64,000 bases of DNA, from contig CAWFFN010000007.1 of NCBI GenBank assembly GCA_963815115.1, positions 1,120,001 through 1,184,000 of the forward strand, given 5' to 3'. Source of the DNA: an uncultured delta proteobacterium (GTDB lineage Bacteria > Desulfobacterota > Binatia > DP-6). Below, in pieces: positions 10,330-19,848 of the stretch. How positions within the stretch are numbered: the stretch's first letter is position 1; each line of letters opens with the position of its first letter. The notes under the pieces were generated by a model, which saw only the letters and a list, made by a program, of their open reading frames with translations, was not told where the DNA came from and did no database searches. A program made the translations under genes and the position numbers.

Positions 10330-10962
10330 TCAACGCACGAGCTTGTCTTGCGCCAGCGCGGAGGACATTGCACGCGCCCGCCACGCCGTCGCCCCCCGGA
10401 TGAGGAGAAGCGTGGCGAGCACCACGGCGTACGTCACCGGCTCCCGTATGTCCTTCTTCGCGCGCCACGTGAAGTGAATCACCCCCAGGAGCGGCGCCAC
10501 GTAGGCCAGACGATGGAGCCGCTTCCAGCGCGCGTAGCCGAGCCGCTTGAGCGCCCCGCTGGTCGACGTGGCCGCGAGGGGGATCAGCAGGACAAAGGCC
10601 GTGAACCCCACGAAGATGAACCTGCGCTTCGTGACGTCCTCCCAGATGGCGTGCCAGTCGAGCACCTGGTCGAGTCCCGCATACGTGCTCACGTGCAGCA
10701 CGGCGTAGAAGAAGCCGAAGAGTCCGAGCATCCGCCTCAGGCGAATCGGCCAGGTCCAGCCGAAGAGCGTCTTGAGCGGCGTGCAGGCGAGCGCGGCGAC
10801 GAGAAAGACGAGCGCGACGAGGCCGAGCTGGTTGAGCGCCTGGGCGATCGGGTTCGCACCCAGCTCTCCGTGCGCGGCGCGCCACACGATCGCGGCAAGC
10901 GGCACCAGCGCACCGACGAAGACGCCCGGCTTGAGCCACGGCAGCGGCCGCGCGCGCGGCAT
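10330..10962 (-). CDS. msrQ: Methionine sulfoxide reductase haem-binding subunit MsrQ
   Basis: LACTPL, RRMLGLFGFFYAVLH, LAATS and WKRLHRLAY..IH motifs; directly downstream of msrP. Confidence 0.93.
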   Translation of the reverse strand: MPRARPLPWLKPGVFVGALVPLAAIVWRAAHGELGANPIAQALNQLGLVALVFLVAALACTPLKTLFGWTWPIRLRRMLGLFGFFYAVLHVSTYAGLDQVLDWHAIWEDVTKRRFIFVGFTAFVLLIPLAATSTSGALKRLGYARWKRLHRLAYVAPLLGVIHFTWRAKKDIREPVTYAVVLATLLLIRGATAWRARAMSSALAQDKLVR

Positions 10963-10964
10963 GG

Positions 10965-11963
10965 CTAGAAGTCCACCCGCAGGTCCATGCCGGCATAGAG
11001 GTCGGCCACCTGCTCGGCGTAGCCGTTGAAGGGAAGCGTCGGCCGCCTCCGGAGCTCGCCGATCCGGCGCTCGGTCGCCTGGCTCCAGCGCGGATGGTCG
11101 ACCGCGGGATTCACGTTGGCGTAGAAGCCGTACTCCCGGGGTGCCGCGAGGTTCCACGTCGTCGGCGGTTGCGTCTCCACGAGGCGGATCTTCACGATCG
11201 ACTTGATCCCCTTGAATCCGTACTTCCACGGCACGACGAGGCGCAGGGGCGCGCCGTTCTGGTTGGGGAGCGTCTTGCCGTACAGCCCCGCCACCAGGAT
11301 GGTGAGCGGGTGCATCGCCTCGTCGAGGCGCAGCCCCTCGACGTACGGCCAGTCGAGCACCCGGCGGCGCTGCTCGGGCATCTGCTCGGGGTCGAACAGG
11401 GTGGTGAACGCCACGTATCTGGCGCGCGACGTGGGCTCGACCCGCCGCAGCAGGTCGCCGAGCGGAAACCCGAGCCAGGGGATCACCATCGACCACGCCT
11501 CGACGCATCGCATCCGATAGACGCGCTCCTCGAGCGGGAACCACCCGAGCAGCGTATCGATGTCGATCACCTGCGGCCGATTCACCTCGCCCTCGACGGC
11601 GATCGTCCAGGGCCGCGTTCGCAGCGTGCCGGCTCTCTCCGCGGGATCGCTCTTGTCGTCTCCGAACTCGTAGAAGTTGTTGTAGGTGGTGACGTCGCGG
11701 AACGGCGTCTGCGGCTCGTCGGTGCCGTAGGGCCCGCGGCGTGCGACCTCCAGCGCCGGATGACCGGAATCCGGCCCGCCGTCGGCGACGGGCGGCTTCG
11801 GCTCCGCCCTGCCCCCCTGCATCAGCCAGAGCAATCCGCTGCCGACGCCCGCGCTGGTTGCCGTGAACAGCGCGGCGTTGCGGATGAATTCGCGGCGCCG
11901 GAGGTACAGCGCCTCGGGCGTGATCCCGGAGGTCCCAGGATGACCTCGCCCGAGGCGGCTCAT
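10965..11963 (-). CDS. msrP: Methionine sulfoxide reductase catalytic molybdo-subunit MsrP
   Basis: Tat [58 protein letters not shown]. Confidence 0.97.
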   Translation of the reverse strand: MSRLGRGHPGTSGITPEALYLRRREFIRNAALFTATSAGVGSGLLWLMQGGRAEPKPPVADGGPDSGHPALEVARRGPYGTDEPQTPFRDVTTYNNFYEFGDDKSDPAERAGTLRTRPWTIAVEGEVNRPQVIDIDTLLGWFPLEERVYRMRCVEAWSMVIPWLGFPLGDLLRRVEPTSRARYVAFTTLFDPEQMPEQRRRVLDWPYVEGLRLDEAMHPLTILVAGLYGKTLPNQNGAPLRLVVPWKYGFKGIKSIVKIRLVETQPPTTWNLAAPREYGFYANVNPAVDHPRWSQATERRIGELRRRPTLPFNGYAEQVADLYAGMDLRVDF

Positions 11964-12033
11964 GGCGCAATCTTCGTGCTCGGACGCCGCCGGTCAAGCG
12001 AGGGCCGTTTCGCTGCGGCCTGGAGCAGGTCGG

Positions 12034-12717
12034 CTAGCTCGAGCCCGGACGCACGTCGGCGAAGCAGAAGCCGTCGCGTCTCGACCGCTCGCCCACCTCG
12101 ACCGCGATGGGCGAGACGAACATCGGACCGGCGAAGCAGAAGGTGTGGAACTCGCCTCGCTCTCCGCACGGATCGACGCCCGGCGGCAGCGTCGCGAGCA
12201 GACCGTCGTCGAACATCTCTCCCGCGAAGGCCTCCGGCAGCTGCCTGGGATCGACGCAGGTGAGGACCGCTCGCAGGCCGCCCGCGATCATGGTGCGCGC
12301 GAGCGCCGGGGTGTCACGTCCCGCGTCCCAGAGGGGGAAGAGGGGCTCGAGGCCCGTCCCCCGCAGCCGCTCCTCCCGATAGGCCCGGATGTCCGCGAGG
12401 AAGAGGTCGCCGAACGCGACGTGCGTCACGCCCTCCGATCTCGCGCGCGCCAGCGTCACTCTCATGCGCGCCTCGTACTCGGCGTTCGCGCACGGCCAGG
12501 GCAGGAGCACGGGCCACAGGGGCAGGCCCGTCGCCCGGGCCTGCGCGTCCACGAGCTGCCGGCGGACGGCGTGCATCGCGACCCGGTCGGCCGCTTCGTC
12601 GAACGTGGTCAGGAGCCCGACCACCTCGACGTCGTCCTGCCGACGGAGCTGATGGAGCGCCCAGGCGCCGTCCTTGCCGGAGCTCCACGACAGGAGAACG
12701 CGGCGGGTCACGTGCAC
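12034..12717 (-). CDS. Dph6/diphthine-ammonia-ligase-related PP-loop ATP pyrophosphatase
   Basis: SWSSGKDG PP-loop, FGDLFLADIRAYRE, and DPCGERGEFHTF. Confidence 0.88.
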   Translation of the reverse strand: MHVTRRVLLSWSSGKDGAWALHQLRRQDDVEVVGLLTTFDEAADRVAMHAVRRQLVDAQARATGLPLWPVLLPWPCANAEYEARMRVTLARARSEGVTHVAFGDLFLADIRAYREERLRGTGLEPLFPLWDAGRDTPALARTMIAGGLRAVLTCVDPRQLPEAFAGEMFDDGLLATLPPGVDPCGERGEFHTFCFAGPMFVSPIAVEVGERSRRDGFCFADVRPGSS

Positions 12718-12783
12718 GAGGTGTGGCGGGACTCTAGCGCCAGGGTACGAGCGCGCACGAGGATCGCGTGCGGGCTTCTGCCG

Positions 12784-14079
12784 TCACTTGCACGTGACTT
12801 TCCCCTTCCCGGCCTGCGCCACGCACTCACTCGTCGTGAACGCGGTCTCGCCGCATCGGCCGGCTGCGCCGTCGACCACCAGACGGCCACGCAACGGGAG
12901 CGCCGGTGTCGTGGGGAACGCCGCGCCCTTCGCCGTCACGGTGATCTTGAGCGTGCCAGGCGTCTTGCCGACGAGCTTCACCTTGGTGAGGCCGGCGATC
13001 GTGCCCTGCCACGTCCACGTCGTCCCCTTCACCTTCCAGCCCGTCTTCGTGGGCTTGTCGTACGCGCCGCTCGGCACCGTGGCATCGAGCAACGTCGTGG
13101 ACGCGTCGGCAACCAGCACGCGGACGCCGGTGGCGAGGGGATCGGGCATCGCACCGGCGAGGGGAGCCAGCGTGCCATTCCAGGTGAGCCCGTCGTCGCC
13201 CGGCGGGGTCCGGAGCCTCATCAGGGCGAGCTTTCCGTCCTGCACCGTGGCCGCGCATCCGCCGCTCGCATTCTCGCACACGTCGCCCACCCCGTTGCCG
13301 TCCGCGTCCCGCTGCTGGGGATCGAAGACCGCCGGGCAATCGTCGGCCGCGTCCGGGTAGCCGTCCCCGTCCGCATCGGGTGCCCCCGTCCGCTCGACGG
13401 AGTGCACCGCCGCCAGGGCATCGAGGTCGAAGCCGGACAGACCCGCCAGCCCCGGGATGCTGGTCGGCGACGCCGTGAGACGCACGTATCGTGCCGCCAG
13501 GAGCCCGGCGCCGGCGAGATCGAAGGCGTCGCCTCCCGCGCCCGCCGGGGCCACGAAGTCGCCCACCGGCACGCCGACCAGGTCGGCGATCGGCGTCGTC
13601 GAGGGAACGAGCGGCGACGGTGCCCCCGGGTCATCGGCATCGGCGAGCACCGGGTACACGCCGGCACATCCCACGTAGTACGGGCCCTCCGTCAGCGCGC
13701 ACGGCAGGGTGTGCCAGTCGACGCCGTCGCCGCTCACCTCCACGACGGCCGGCTCGGCGAACGGCGCGAGCGTCGTCAGGCCGGTCGGCAGGAAGGCGTT
13801 CTCGAACACCAGCAGGTCCGGACCCGGCCGGTCGACGATCACGTTGTCGTCGAACGCCAGGGTGATCGTCCCGCCGAGCCCGAGCGAGAACGTGTCGGTG
13901 CCCCCCTGGAACGCGCCCCCGCCGCGCGGTGGTCCGAGCACGATCGCGGGAAGGCCGCTCTCACCGGCGCCGCCGCCGGTACCGACGACATGCGCCACGA
14001 CGCGGTCCGCGAACGGCTCCGCACCGACCTGCATCACCGTTCCGATGACGGCGATGGCGCACAGCATGAGACGACGCAT
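12784..14079 (-). CDS. Secreted cell-surface protein (BtuH-like domain + TSP3 Ca-binding repeat + C-terminal beta domain), candidate cobamide binder
   Basis: GAGGAGG RBS and signal peptide. Motifs SLGLGGTITLAFDDN..DLLVFENAF..EPAVVEVSGDG and DADGDGYPDAADDCP..DADGNGVGDVC. First gene after the B12 riboswitch. Confidence 0.65.
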   Translation of the reverse strand: MRRLMLCAIAVIGTVMQVGAEPFADRVVAHVVGTGGGAGESGLPAIVLGPPRGGGAFQGGTDTFSLGLGGTITLAFDDNVIVDRPGPDLLVFENAFLPTGLTTLAPFAEPAVVEVSGDGVDWHTLPCALTEGPYYVGCAGVYPVLADADDPGAPSPLVPSTTPIADLVGVPVGDFVAPAGAGGDAFDLAGAGLLAARYVRLTASPTSIPGLAGLSGFDLDALAAVHSVERTGAPDADGDGYPDAADDCPAVFDPQQRDADGNGVGDVCENASGGCAATVQDGKLALMRLRTPPGDDGLTWNGTLAPLAGAMPDPLATGVRVLVADASTTLLDATVPSGAYDKPTKTGWKVKGTTWTWQGTIAGLTKVKLVGKTPGTLKITVTAKGAAFPTTPALPLRGRLVVDGAAGRCGETAFTTSECVAQAGKGKVTCK

Positions 14080-14239
14080 GGCTCCTCCTCCTCGCGACAG
14101 GGCCCGTGGATGTGGCGTCGGCGTCGTGATGGTCTCCCCGTCTTCCGGGGAGACGGACACGCGCACGCGGCGGCCACGCTCGCGACCGGCCTGCCCGTGA
14201 CCCAGCCCCTTCCCCGCGGAAGGCGTTCCTGCTGGCTCC

Positions 14240-14385
14240 AGGTGGGCAGGTCTTCTGGCTCGGGGATCGTCCTCCCCCGGTCCCTTCCCGCCTCTGCGCG
14301 GCAGTGGTCGCGACCGGGTTCGTCTCCCCTCACAGCTGCGGGGCAGCGAGGGCTTCGCACCCTCTTCCCCAACCCGCCTGGGTCG
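14240..14385 (-). ncRNA. Cobalamin riboswitch
   Basis: The minus strand reads GGGAAGAGGGTGCGAAGCCCTCGCTGCCCCGCAGCTGTGA...CCACTG...GGGAAG...GAGCCAGAAGACCTGCC, the canonical B12-box elements. Confidence 0.95.
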
Positions 14386-14390
14386 GCGGA

Positions 14391-14419
14391 CACATACGTT
14401 CGCCGCCATGGGCTGTCAA
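14391..14419 (-). promoter_or_regulatory. Putative sigma-70 promoter for the B12 operon
   Basis: TTGACA-N17-TATGTG just upstream of the riboswitch. Confidence 0.5.
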
Positions 14420-14458
14420 TTCCCGCGTCACCGGATCGGCGAAGTACGAGGACCAGTC

Positions 14459-14487
14459 TTGACAGAGCGCCGGATCGCGTGTGAAAC
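14459..14487 (+). promoter_or_regulatory. Putative sigma-70 promoter for the cysteine dioxygenase operon
   Basis: Perfect TTGACA at 14459-14464; the -10 (TGAAAC at 17 nt) is weak. Confidence 0.4.
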
Positions 14488-14494
14488 GGCACGC

Positions 14495-14584
14495 GTGAGT
14501 TCGCGACCCACAGCGCTCGGCTGTCGCTGTATCCAGGCCCGGGACGGCTCCCGCGCTCGCGGTCGCGCCCTGCTCGCCAGCTGA
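14495..14584 (+). CDS. Putative Cys-containing leader peptide (MSSRPTALGCRCIQARDGSRARGRALLAS)
   Basis: 29-aa ORF with TGT-CGC-TGT, lying between the promoter and the terminator upstream of sulfur genes. Confidence 0.45.
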   Translation: MSSRPTALGCRCIQARDGSRARGRALLAS

Positions 14585-14616
14585 GCCATCAGCGGCGGCT
14601 CCACGCGTCGATCATG

Positions 14617-14650
14617 AAGGCCCGGGAGGCAACCTCCCGGGCCTTTTTTT
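14617..14650 (+). terminator. Intrinsic terminator/attenuator in the 5' leader
   Basis: AAGGCCCGGGAGG-CAA-CCTCCCGGGCC followed by TTTTTTT. Confidence 0.88.
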
Positions 14651-14740
14651 GTTGCCCATTGCTCGACGCTTCCGGAGGACCTTCTCGATGGCTCATGCGA
14701 TTCTTCGTTCTGGCGCGACCGCGCCGTTGCAGCCAGGCCG

Positions 14741-15259
14741 ATGAGCGCGCTGATCGCACCGGTCGCGCGTGCCGCCGACGACTGCACGCGCGCTCCGCGC
14801 CTCGTCGCCCCCGACGATCTGGCCGGCGTGGTGGCGCGCTACGCGTCTGCCGGAGAGCGCTGGCGGCCCTATGTCCGTCACGATCCCCTCAGGCGCTGGT
14901 ACGTGCGGCTCGCCTGGACACCCGAGCACGAGGTCTGGCTCTTGTGCTGGGAGCTGGGACAGGCGATCGACCTGCACGATCACGACAAGTCGGCCGGCGC
15001 GTTCGTGGTCACCGGAGGCGTGCTGCGCGAGGAGTACGTCGCCGGCAGGGCGCTGCGTCAGATCCGGCTGCGTCCGGGTGTCGTGCGGCGGTTCGCCGCC
15101 GGCCACGTGCACACGGTGTGGAACCCCGGGCCCGGTGCCGCGACGAGCATCCACGCCTACTCGCCGCCGCTCCACTCGATGACCTTCTACAGCCGCGACC
15201 TTGGGGCGGGCCTGCGGCCGACGCACGTCGAGCTGGTGCCGAAGACGGCGGTGCCGTGA
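14741..15259 (+). CDS. Cysteine dioxygenase family (cupin) protein
   Basis: EVWLLCW..GQAIDLHDH, GHVHTVWN and SIHAYSPPL motifs. Confidence 0.88.
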   Translation: MSALIAPVARAADDCTRAPRLVAPDDLAGVVARYASAGERWRPYVRHDPLRRWYVRLAWTPEHEVWLLCWELGQAIDLHDHDKSAGAFVVTGGVLREEYVAGRALRQIRLRPGVVRRFAAGHVHTVWNPGPGAATSIHAYSPPLHSMTFYSRDLGAGLRPTHVELVPKTAVP

Positions 15260-15690
15260 TGGCACGCGTCGGACGCTCGATCGACGAGGTGCTTGCCGAC
15301 GCCCGATCCCGCCTGCGCCGGCTGGGCCCGCGGGCGGCCGCCACGGCGCAGGCCGCCGGCGCCCTGCTCATCGACATCCGGCCGGTCGAAGTCCGATGTC
15401 GCGACGGCGAGGTGCCCGGCGCACTGATCATGGATCGCAACGTGCTCGAGTGGCGCCTCGATCCCACCAGCGCGCACCGACTGCCGGCGATCTCGGGTCA
15501 CGAGCAGACGATCGTTCTCCTCTGCACCGAGGGCTACGCCTCGAGCCTCGCGGCGGCGGCGCTCCAGGACCTGGGCCTCACCAACGCGACCGATCTCGAG
15601 GGTGGGTTCGCCGCCTGGGCCGCGGCCGGCCTGCCGGTGCAGCACGCGTGCGATGAATCTCCAAGATCCCTCGCCAGGACACCCGGTTGA
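15259..15690 (+). CDS. Rhodanese-like sulfurtransferase
   Basis: TGATG overlap; LLIDIRP...GEVPGA...LEWRLDP...CTEGYASSLAA...DLEGGFAAW. Confidence 0.9.
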   Translation: MARVGRSIDEVLADARSRLRRLGPRAAATAQAAGALLIDIRPVEVRCRDGEVPGALIMDRNVLEWRLDPTSAHRLPAISGHEQTIVLLCTEGYASSLAAAALQDLGLTNATDLEGGFAAWAAAGLPVQHACDESPRSLARTPG

Positions 15691-16889
15691 AAGATCCCTT
15701 CAATCCAACGATTGCTAGGCCCGTGAAGCATACCTGGCACCGACGAGGCTACCTTCAGCTCTTCGTGGGGGGCGCCGTCCTGACGGGGATGGTCGCGATG
15801 GCACTCTGCCCGCGCCGTGCGGTCGCAGACGACGAGGCCACCGTCCAGGTGACGGGCCCGCCGAGCGATCCGGGGGGAACCTCGGCCTTCCCGGTGCCGC
15901 GCCCCGACGCGACGAACGGAGCGTCTCTGCTCACGCCCGGCACGGGCGAGCTTTCCATGCACGGCCTGCTCGGCTTCGGTGTCGATCCCGCGCTCATCGG
16001 CAGCAACGGGTCGAGCGCGCTCGCGCACGCCGTCTCGCGCAACGATGAGCCGATCGCCCGCCTCGTTCTCGAGGGAGGTGCGAATCCGGACGAGCCCGAC
16101 CGGGTTCTTCTCGAGCAGGCCGTTCGCGGGGGAACCAAGGAGATGGTGGCGCTCCTCCTGCAGCACGGCGCCGACCCCGGCACGCTGTCGGGCGAGGGTC
16201 AGCCGCTGCTGGCGCTCGCGGTGGCGCTGGGACGTACCGACATCACGACGGCGCTCCTCGACGGCGGTGCCGACGTGGACACGCCGGTGACGTCGCCGGT
16301 CTCCGAGGAGTTCCTCCAGCTCGTGCCCGGAAAGTACGCTCGCTTCTATCTCACCAAGGACCGCGGCCTCACTCCGTTGATGATCGCCGTGCTTCGCAGT
16401 GACCTCGAGCTGGCCCGGATGCTGGTCGCACGCGGCGCCTCGCTCGGGCCGACTCGCGGCCAAGTGAAGTACCCGCTCGGCATGGCAGCCGATCGACGCG
16501 ACGTCCCGATGATGCAGATGCTCCTGGGTCGGGATCCAAAGGAAGCCGCCCGGACCCGGCGGATCGTCATCTCGCTGCGCGACCAGCAGGCCACGCTCTA
16601 CGAGCACGACGAGCCCACGTTCAAAACCCGGGTCTCGACGGGACGGAAGGGCTTTCCCACGCCCCGCGGGGAATACGTGATCACCGACAAGCGTCGGATT
16701 TGGGAATCCACGCTCTATGACGCGGAGATGCCCTTCTTCATGCGACTCTCCGGATCGGACATCGGCCTCCACCAGGGCGTCGTACCCCGTGGGCCTGCCT
16801 CGCATGGCTGCATACGCCTTCCCGCCGCCGCCGCGCGGACGCTCTACGCGCGCATGCGTCCCGGCGACCCGGTCACCATCGCGCCCTGA
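15687..16889 (+). CDS. Ankyrin-repeat L,D-transpeptidase (YkuD); start uncertain
   Basis: Ankyrin repeats (LLQHGADP, LLDGGADVD, GLTPLMIAV) followed by VSTGRKGFPTPRG...LHQG...ASHGCIRL. Confidence 0.88.
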   Translation: MKDPFNPTIARPVKHTWHRRGYLQLFVGGAVLTGMVAMALCPRRAVADDEATVQVTGPPSDPGGTSAFPVPRPDATNGASLLTPGTGELSMHGLLGFGVDPALIGSNGSSALAHAVSRNDEPIARLVLEGGANPDEPDRVLLEQAVRGGTKEMVALLLQHGADPGTLSGEGQPLLALAVALGRTDITTALLDGGADVDTPVTSPVSEEFLQLVPGKYARFYLTKDRGLTPLMIAVLRSDLELARMLVARGASLGPTRGQVKYPLGMAADRRDVPMMQMLLGRDPKEAARTRRIVISLRDQQATLYEHDEPTFKTRVSTGRKGFPTPRGEYVITDKRRIWESTLYDAEMPFFMRLSGSDIGLHQGVVPRGPASHGCIRLPAAAARTLYARMRPGDPVTIAP

Positions 16890-16943
16890 CCCTCCACCGA
16901 AATCGCGTTGCCCGCGTAGTCGGATGAGGATATCTCCCGACCG

Positions 16944-18533
16944 TTGGACCTCGAGGCGCTCCAGGCGGTAGCGCTCGCCATGGCGGGCGAACGCTCGGTC
17001 GACGCCGTGCTCGCACGCATCGTCAAGGGTCTCGCCGGACATCCCGACGTCGCGCTCGCCCGGGTCTGGCTCCTGCGTCCGGGAGACATCTGCGGGACCT
17101 GCTCCATGCGCCCGATCTGTCCCGACCAGTTCCGCTGCCTCCACCTGGTCGCGAGCGCGGGCACGCCGGGCGCATCTCCGGGCGAAGACTGGTCCCGCGT
17201 CGACGGGAACTTCCGCCGGTTCCCGCTCGGGGTCTTCAAGGTCGGCCGGGTCGGCGCGTCCGGCTCTGCCCTCCTCTTGAACGACCCGTCCGCCGACGCC
17301 TGGGCGCGTCCGGAGTGGATCAGGCGGGAGGGTATCAGGAGCTTCGCCGGACAGCCGCTGGTCTTCCGTGGCGAGATGCTGGGTGTTCTCGCCGTCTTCC
17401 GGCGGACGTCGATGCGCGAGGACGAGTTCCGGTGGCTCCGGACCTTCGCCGACCACGCGGCGGTCGCCATTGCCAACGGACGCGCTTTCGTCGAGATCGA
17501 GCACCTTCGCCACCAGCTCGAGGCCGAGAACGCCTATTTGAGGGAAGAGGTCGATACGGCACTCGCGTTCGGCAGCATCGTCGGGCAGAGCAGCGCGCTC
17601 CGCCAGGTCACATCGCGGCTCGAGCTCGTGGCGCGGACCGACGCGACGGTCCTGATTCTCGGCGAATCGGGTACCGGGAAGGAGCTCGTGGCGCGGGAGA
17701 TCCACGAGCGGAGTCGGCGGGCCAGTCGCCCGCTCATCAAGGTCAACTGCAGCGCGCTGCCCCCGGGCATGTTCGAGAGCGAGTTCTTCGGTCATGTGCG
17801 CGGCGCCTTCACCGGCGCGTTGCGCGACCGGCCCGGGCGCTTCCACCTGGCAGACCGGGGCACCATCCTGCTCGACGAGGTCGGCGACCTCCCGCTGGAG
17901 CTGCAACCGAAGCTGCTGCGCGTGCTCCAGGAAGGGCAGTACGAGCGCGTGGGCGAGGATACCTCGCGCCAGGTCGACGTGCGCGTCCTCGCGGCCACGA
18001 ATCGGGATCTGGAGGCCGAGGTCCGTGCGGGGCGGTTCCGCGAGGACCTCTACTATCGCCTGAGCGTCTTTCCGGTGGAGCTGCCACCACTCCGGGAGCG
18101 GAAGGACGACATCCCGATGCTCGCAGCCCACTTCGTCGCCATCGCGGCGCGGCGGCTCGGGGTCGAGGAACCGGCCGTCACCATCGCGGAGTGCGAGGAG
18201 CTCACGCGCTACGACTGGCCCGGAAACATCCGGGAGCTGCAGAACGTCATCGAACGTGCCGTGATCCTGTCCGACGGCAGACGCTTGCGCCTCGATCTGA
18301 TATCGCTCGATCATGGACCGAGCGAGACGCTGGCCACCCCGACAGCGTCCGACGAGGTCGTGCCCGAGCGGGAGTGGCGGCGGCGGGAGCGGGCCAACGT
18401 TCTCGCCGCCCTCAAGCGAGCCGGCGGCCGGGTTCACGGCGAGGGCGGCGCTGCGGAGCTCCTCGGCATCAGACCGTCCACCCTCCAGTCCCGCCTGAAA
18501 GCCCTCGGGATCAGCCCGCGCGATGGTGCGTAA
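16944..18533 (+). CDS. GAF-domain sigma-54 enhancer-binding protein (FhlA-like)
   Basis: GAF domain, [31 protein letters not shown] and a C-terminal HTH. Confidence 0.93.
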   Translation: MDLEALQAVALAMAGERSVDAVLARIVKGLAGHPDVALARVWLLRPGDICGTCSMRPICPDQFRCLHLVASAGTPGASPGEDWSRVDGNFRRFPLGVFKVGRVGASGSALLLNDPSADAWARPEWIRREGIRSFAGQPLVFRGEMLGVLAVFRRTSMREDEFRWLRTFADHAAVAIANGRAFVEIEHLRHQLEAENAYLREEVDTALAFGSIVGQSSALRQVTSRLELVARTDATVLILGESGTGKELVAREIHERSRRASRPLIKVNCSALPPGMFESEFFGHVRGAFTGALRDRPGRFHLADRGTILLDEVGDLPLELQPKLLRVLQEGQYERVGEDTSRQVDVRVLAATNRDLEAEVRAGRFREDLYYRLSVFPVELPPLRERKDDIPMLAAHFVAIAARRLGVEEPAVTIAECEELTRYDWPGNIRELQNVIERAVILSDGRRLRLDLISLDHGPSETLATPTASDEVVPEREWRRRERANVLAALKRAGGRVHGEGGAAELLGIRPSTLQSRLKALGISPRDGA

Positions 18534-18672
18534 CCCGGTACCGAGCGCCCCCACCCATCCCGCCGTCCGCCCCACCGTCCGCAAAGATTCTGGCTTGACT
18601 CGATGCGGCGGGCGGGACGAGATTGCGCCGATCATCACAGGCACAGGCCCGTCTCAGGGGGGGATGACTTCA

Positions 18673-19848
18673 ATGAAGACACGCTCGATCGTGACCGCGC
18701 TGGCGATTGCGCTGATGTTCACGTGTAGTGGCCCTGCTTCGGCCCAGCAGGCGAAATGTCGGGCGGGCAAGACGAAGTGCATCGCCAAGAAGGCGGCCGG
18801 GTTGCTCAAGTGCAACCAGGTGAGCGAGACGCCGGGCAAGCCGACGGATCCCAACGACGGCGGTTGCGTCGACAAGGTCGTCGGCAAGTTCGACGGCGGT
18901 GAGGATACGACCAAGGGCTGCTTCGGGAAGCTCGAGGGCAAGACCCCGAACGACTGCCCCACGCTCGGCGACACCGGGTCGGCCGAGACCAGCATCGACA
19001 GCTGCGTCGCGACGTTGGTCGGGGCCATCGACCCGGCTTCGCACACCCAGTCGAAGTGCGGAGTCGGCAAGAACAAGTGCGTGGCGAAGTACCTGGCCAG
19101 TCTCCTCAAGTGCACGGGGAAGGCGCAGACGCCGGGCCAGCCGACCGACCCGAACACCAAGGACTGCGTTACCAAGGCCCAGGCGAAGTACACCGGCGGC
19201 GCCGATTCGACCAAGGGTTGCTTCGCCAAGCTCGAGGCGAAGACCCCGAACGACTGCGAGACACCCGGGAACTCGGGCTCGGTACAGACGCTGGTCGAGG
19301 CCTGCGGGATGAATCTCGTCAACCTGACGGCTAGCACGACGACCACCGTCGGCCCGACCACCACGTCTACCGCGGGCGCGACGACCACGACCACCACGGG
19401 AGGGACGACCACGACCACTCTCGGGGGCGGCGGCACCGTCGCGGGCGCCCTGCCCTCCACCGCGGGTCGCTTCACCTACAACGCGACGCCGGGACTTCCG
19501 GGAGCGCTCGCCGCGTGCCATATGAGCTTCGGCAATGGCACGCACGTGTGTACCCTCGCAGAGCTGCAGAATGCGGCGTCGAACGGTGGTCTCGTCGGCT
19601 TGAAGGACACGACGAACATGACAGTCACGTCGTTCTGGGCGATCGACTCGGCGGCGCCCGCTCTCCAGCAGTGCAACGACGACACTCCTGGCACCGGCTC
19701 GGGACTCAACTGGGAATACGGGACGGCGCACACGTTGTCCCGGGGTTCGAAGGTGGATCTCACCAACGCCACCGGCATCCTAGGTTCGCTCGTGACCGGC
19801 CTCCAGTGCAACTTCTCCGGGAACGCCTGGGTCGCCTGCTGTCAGTGA
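18673..19848 (+). CDS. Secreted Cys-rich protein: two helical disulfide repeats, Thr linker, C-type-lectin-like C-terminus
   Basis: Signal peptide, two ~95-aa repeats (KC..GK.KC.AK...KGCF.KLE.KTPNDC), poly-Thr, then C..HVCTLAEL..FW..C..C..VACC. Confidence 0.7.
   Translation: MKTRSIVTALAIALMFTCSGPASAQQAKCRAGKTKCIAKKAAGLLKCNQVSETPGKPTDPNDGGCVDKVVGKFDGGEDTTKGCFGKLEGKTPNDCPTLGDTGSAETSIDSCVATLVGAIDPASHTQSKCGVGKNKCVAKYLASLLKCTGKAQTPGQPTDPNTKDCVTKAQAKYTGGADSTKGCFAKLEAKTPNDCETPGNSGSVQTLVEACGMNLVNLTASTTTTVGPTTTSTAGATTTTTTGGTTTTTLGGGGTVAGALPSTAGRFTYNATPGLPGALAACHMSFGNGTHVCTLAELQNAASNGGLVGLKDTTNMTVTSFWAIDSAAPALQQCNDDTPGTGSGLNWEYGTAHTLSRGSKVDLTNATGILGSLVTGLQCNFSGNAWVACCQ

Noticed and set aside
15736-15750. 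TGGCAC-containing sigma-54-like site near the L,D-transpeptidase start
   Set aside because: Spacing fits, but the -12 element is AGGC rather than TTGC and the site may lie inside the CDS.
15534-18644. Very long antisense ORFs (1036 aa here; also 7992-10403, 11962-14484, 29304-31766)
   Set aside because: Shadow frames of real genes in high-GC DNA. They are Arg/Gly-rich with no motifs.
19330-19420. ACC/ACG tandem repeats as a possible array or VNTR
   Set aside because: They encode a Thr-rich linker; there is no repeat-spacer structure.
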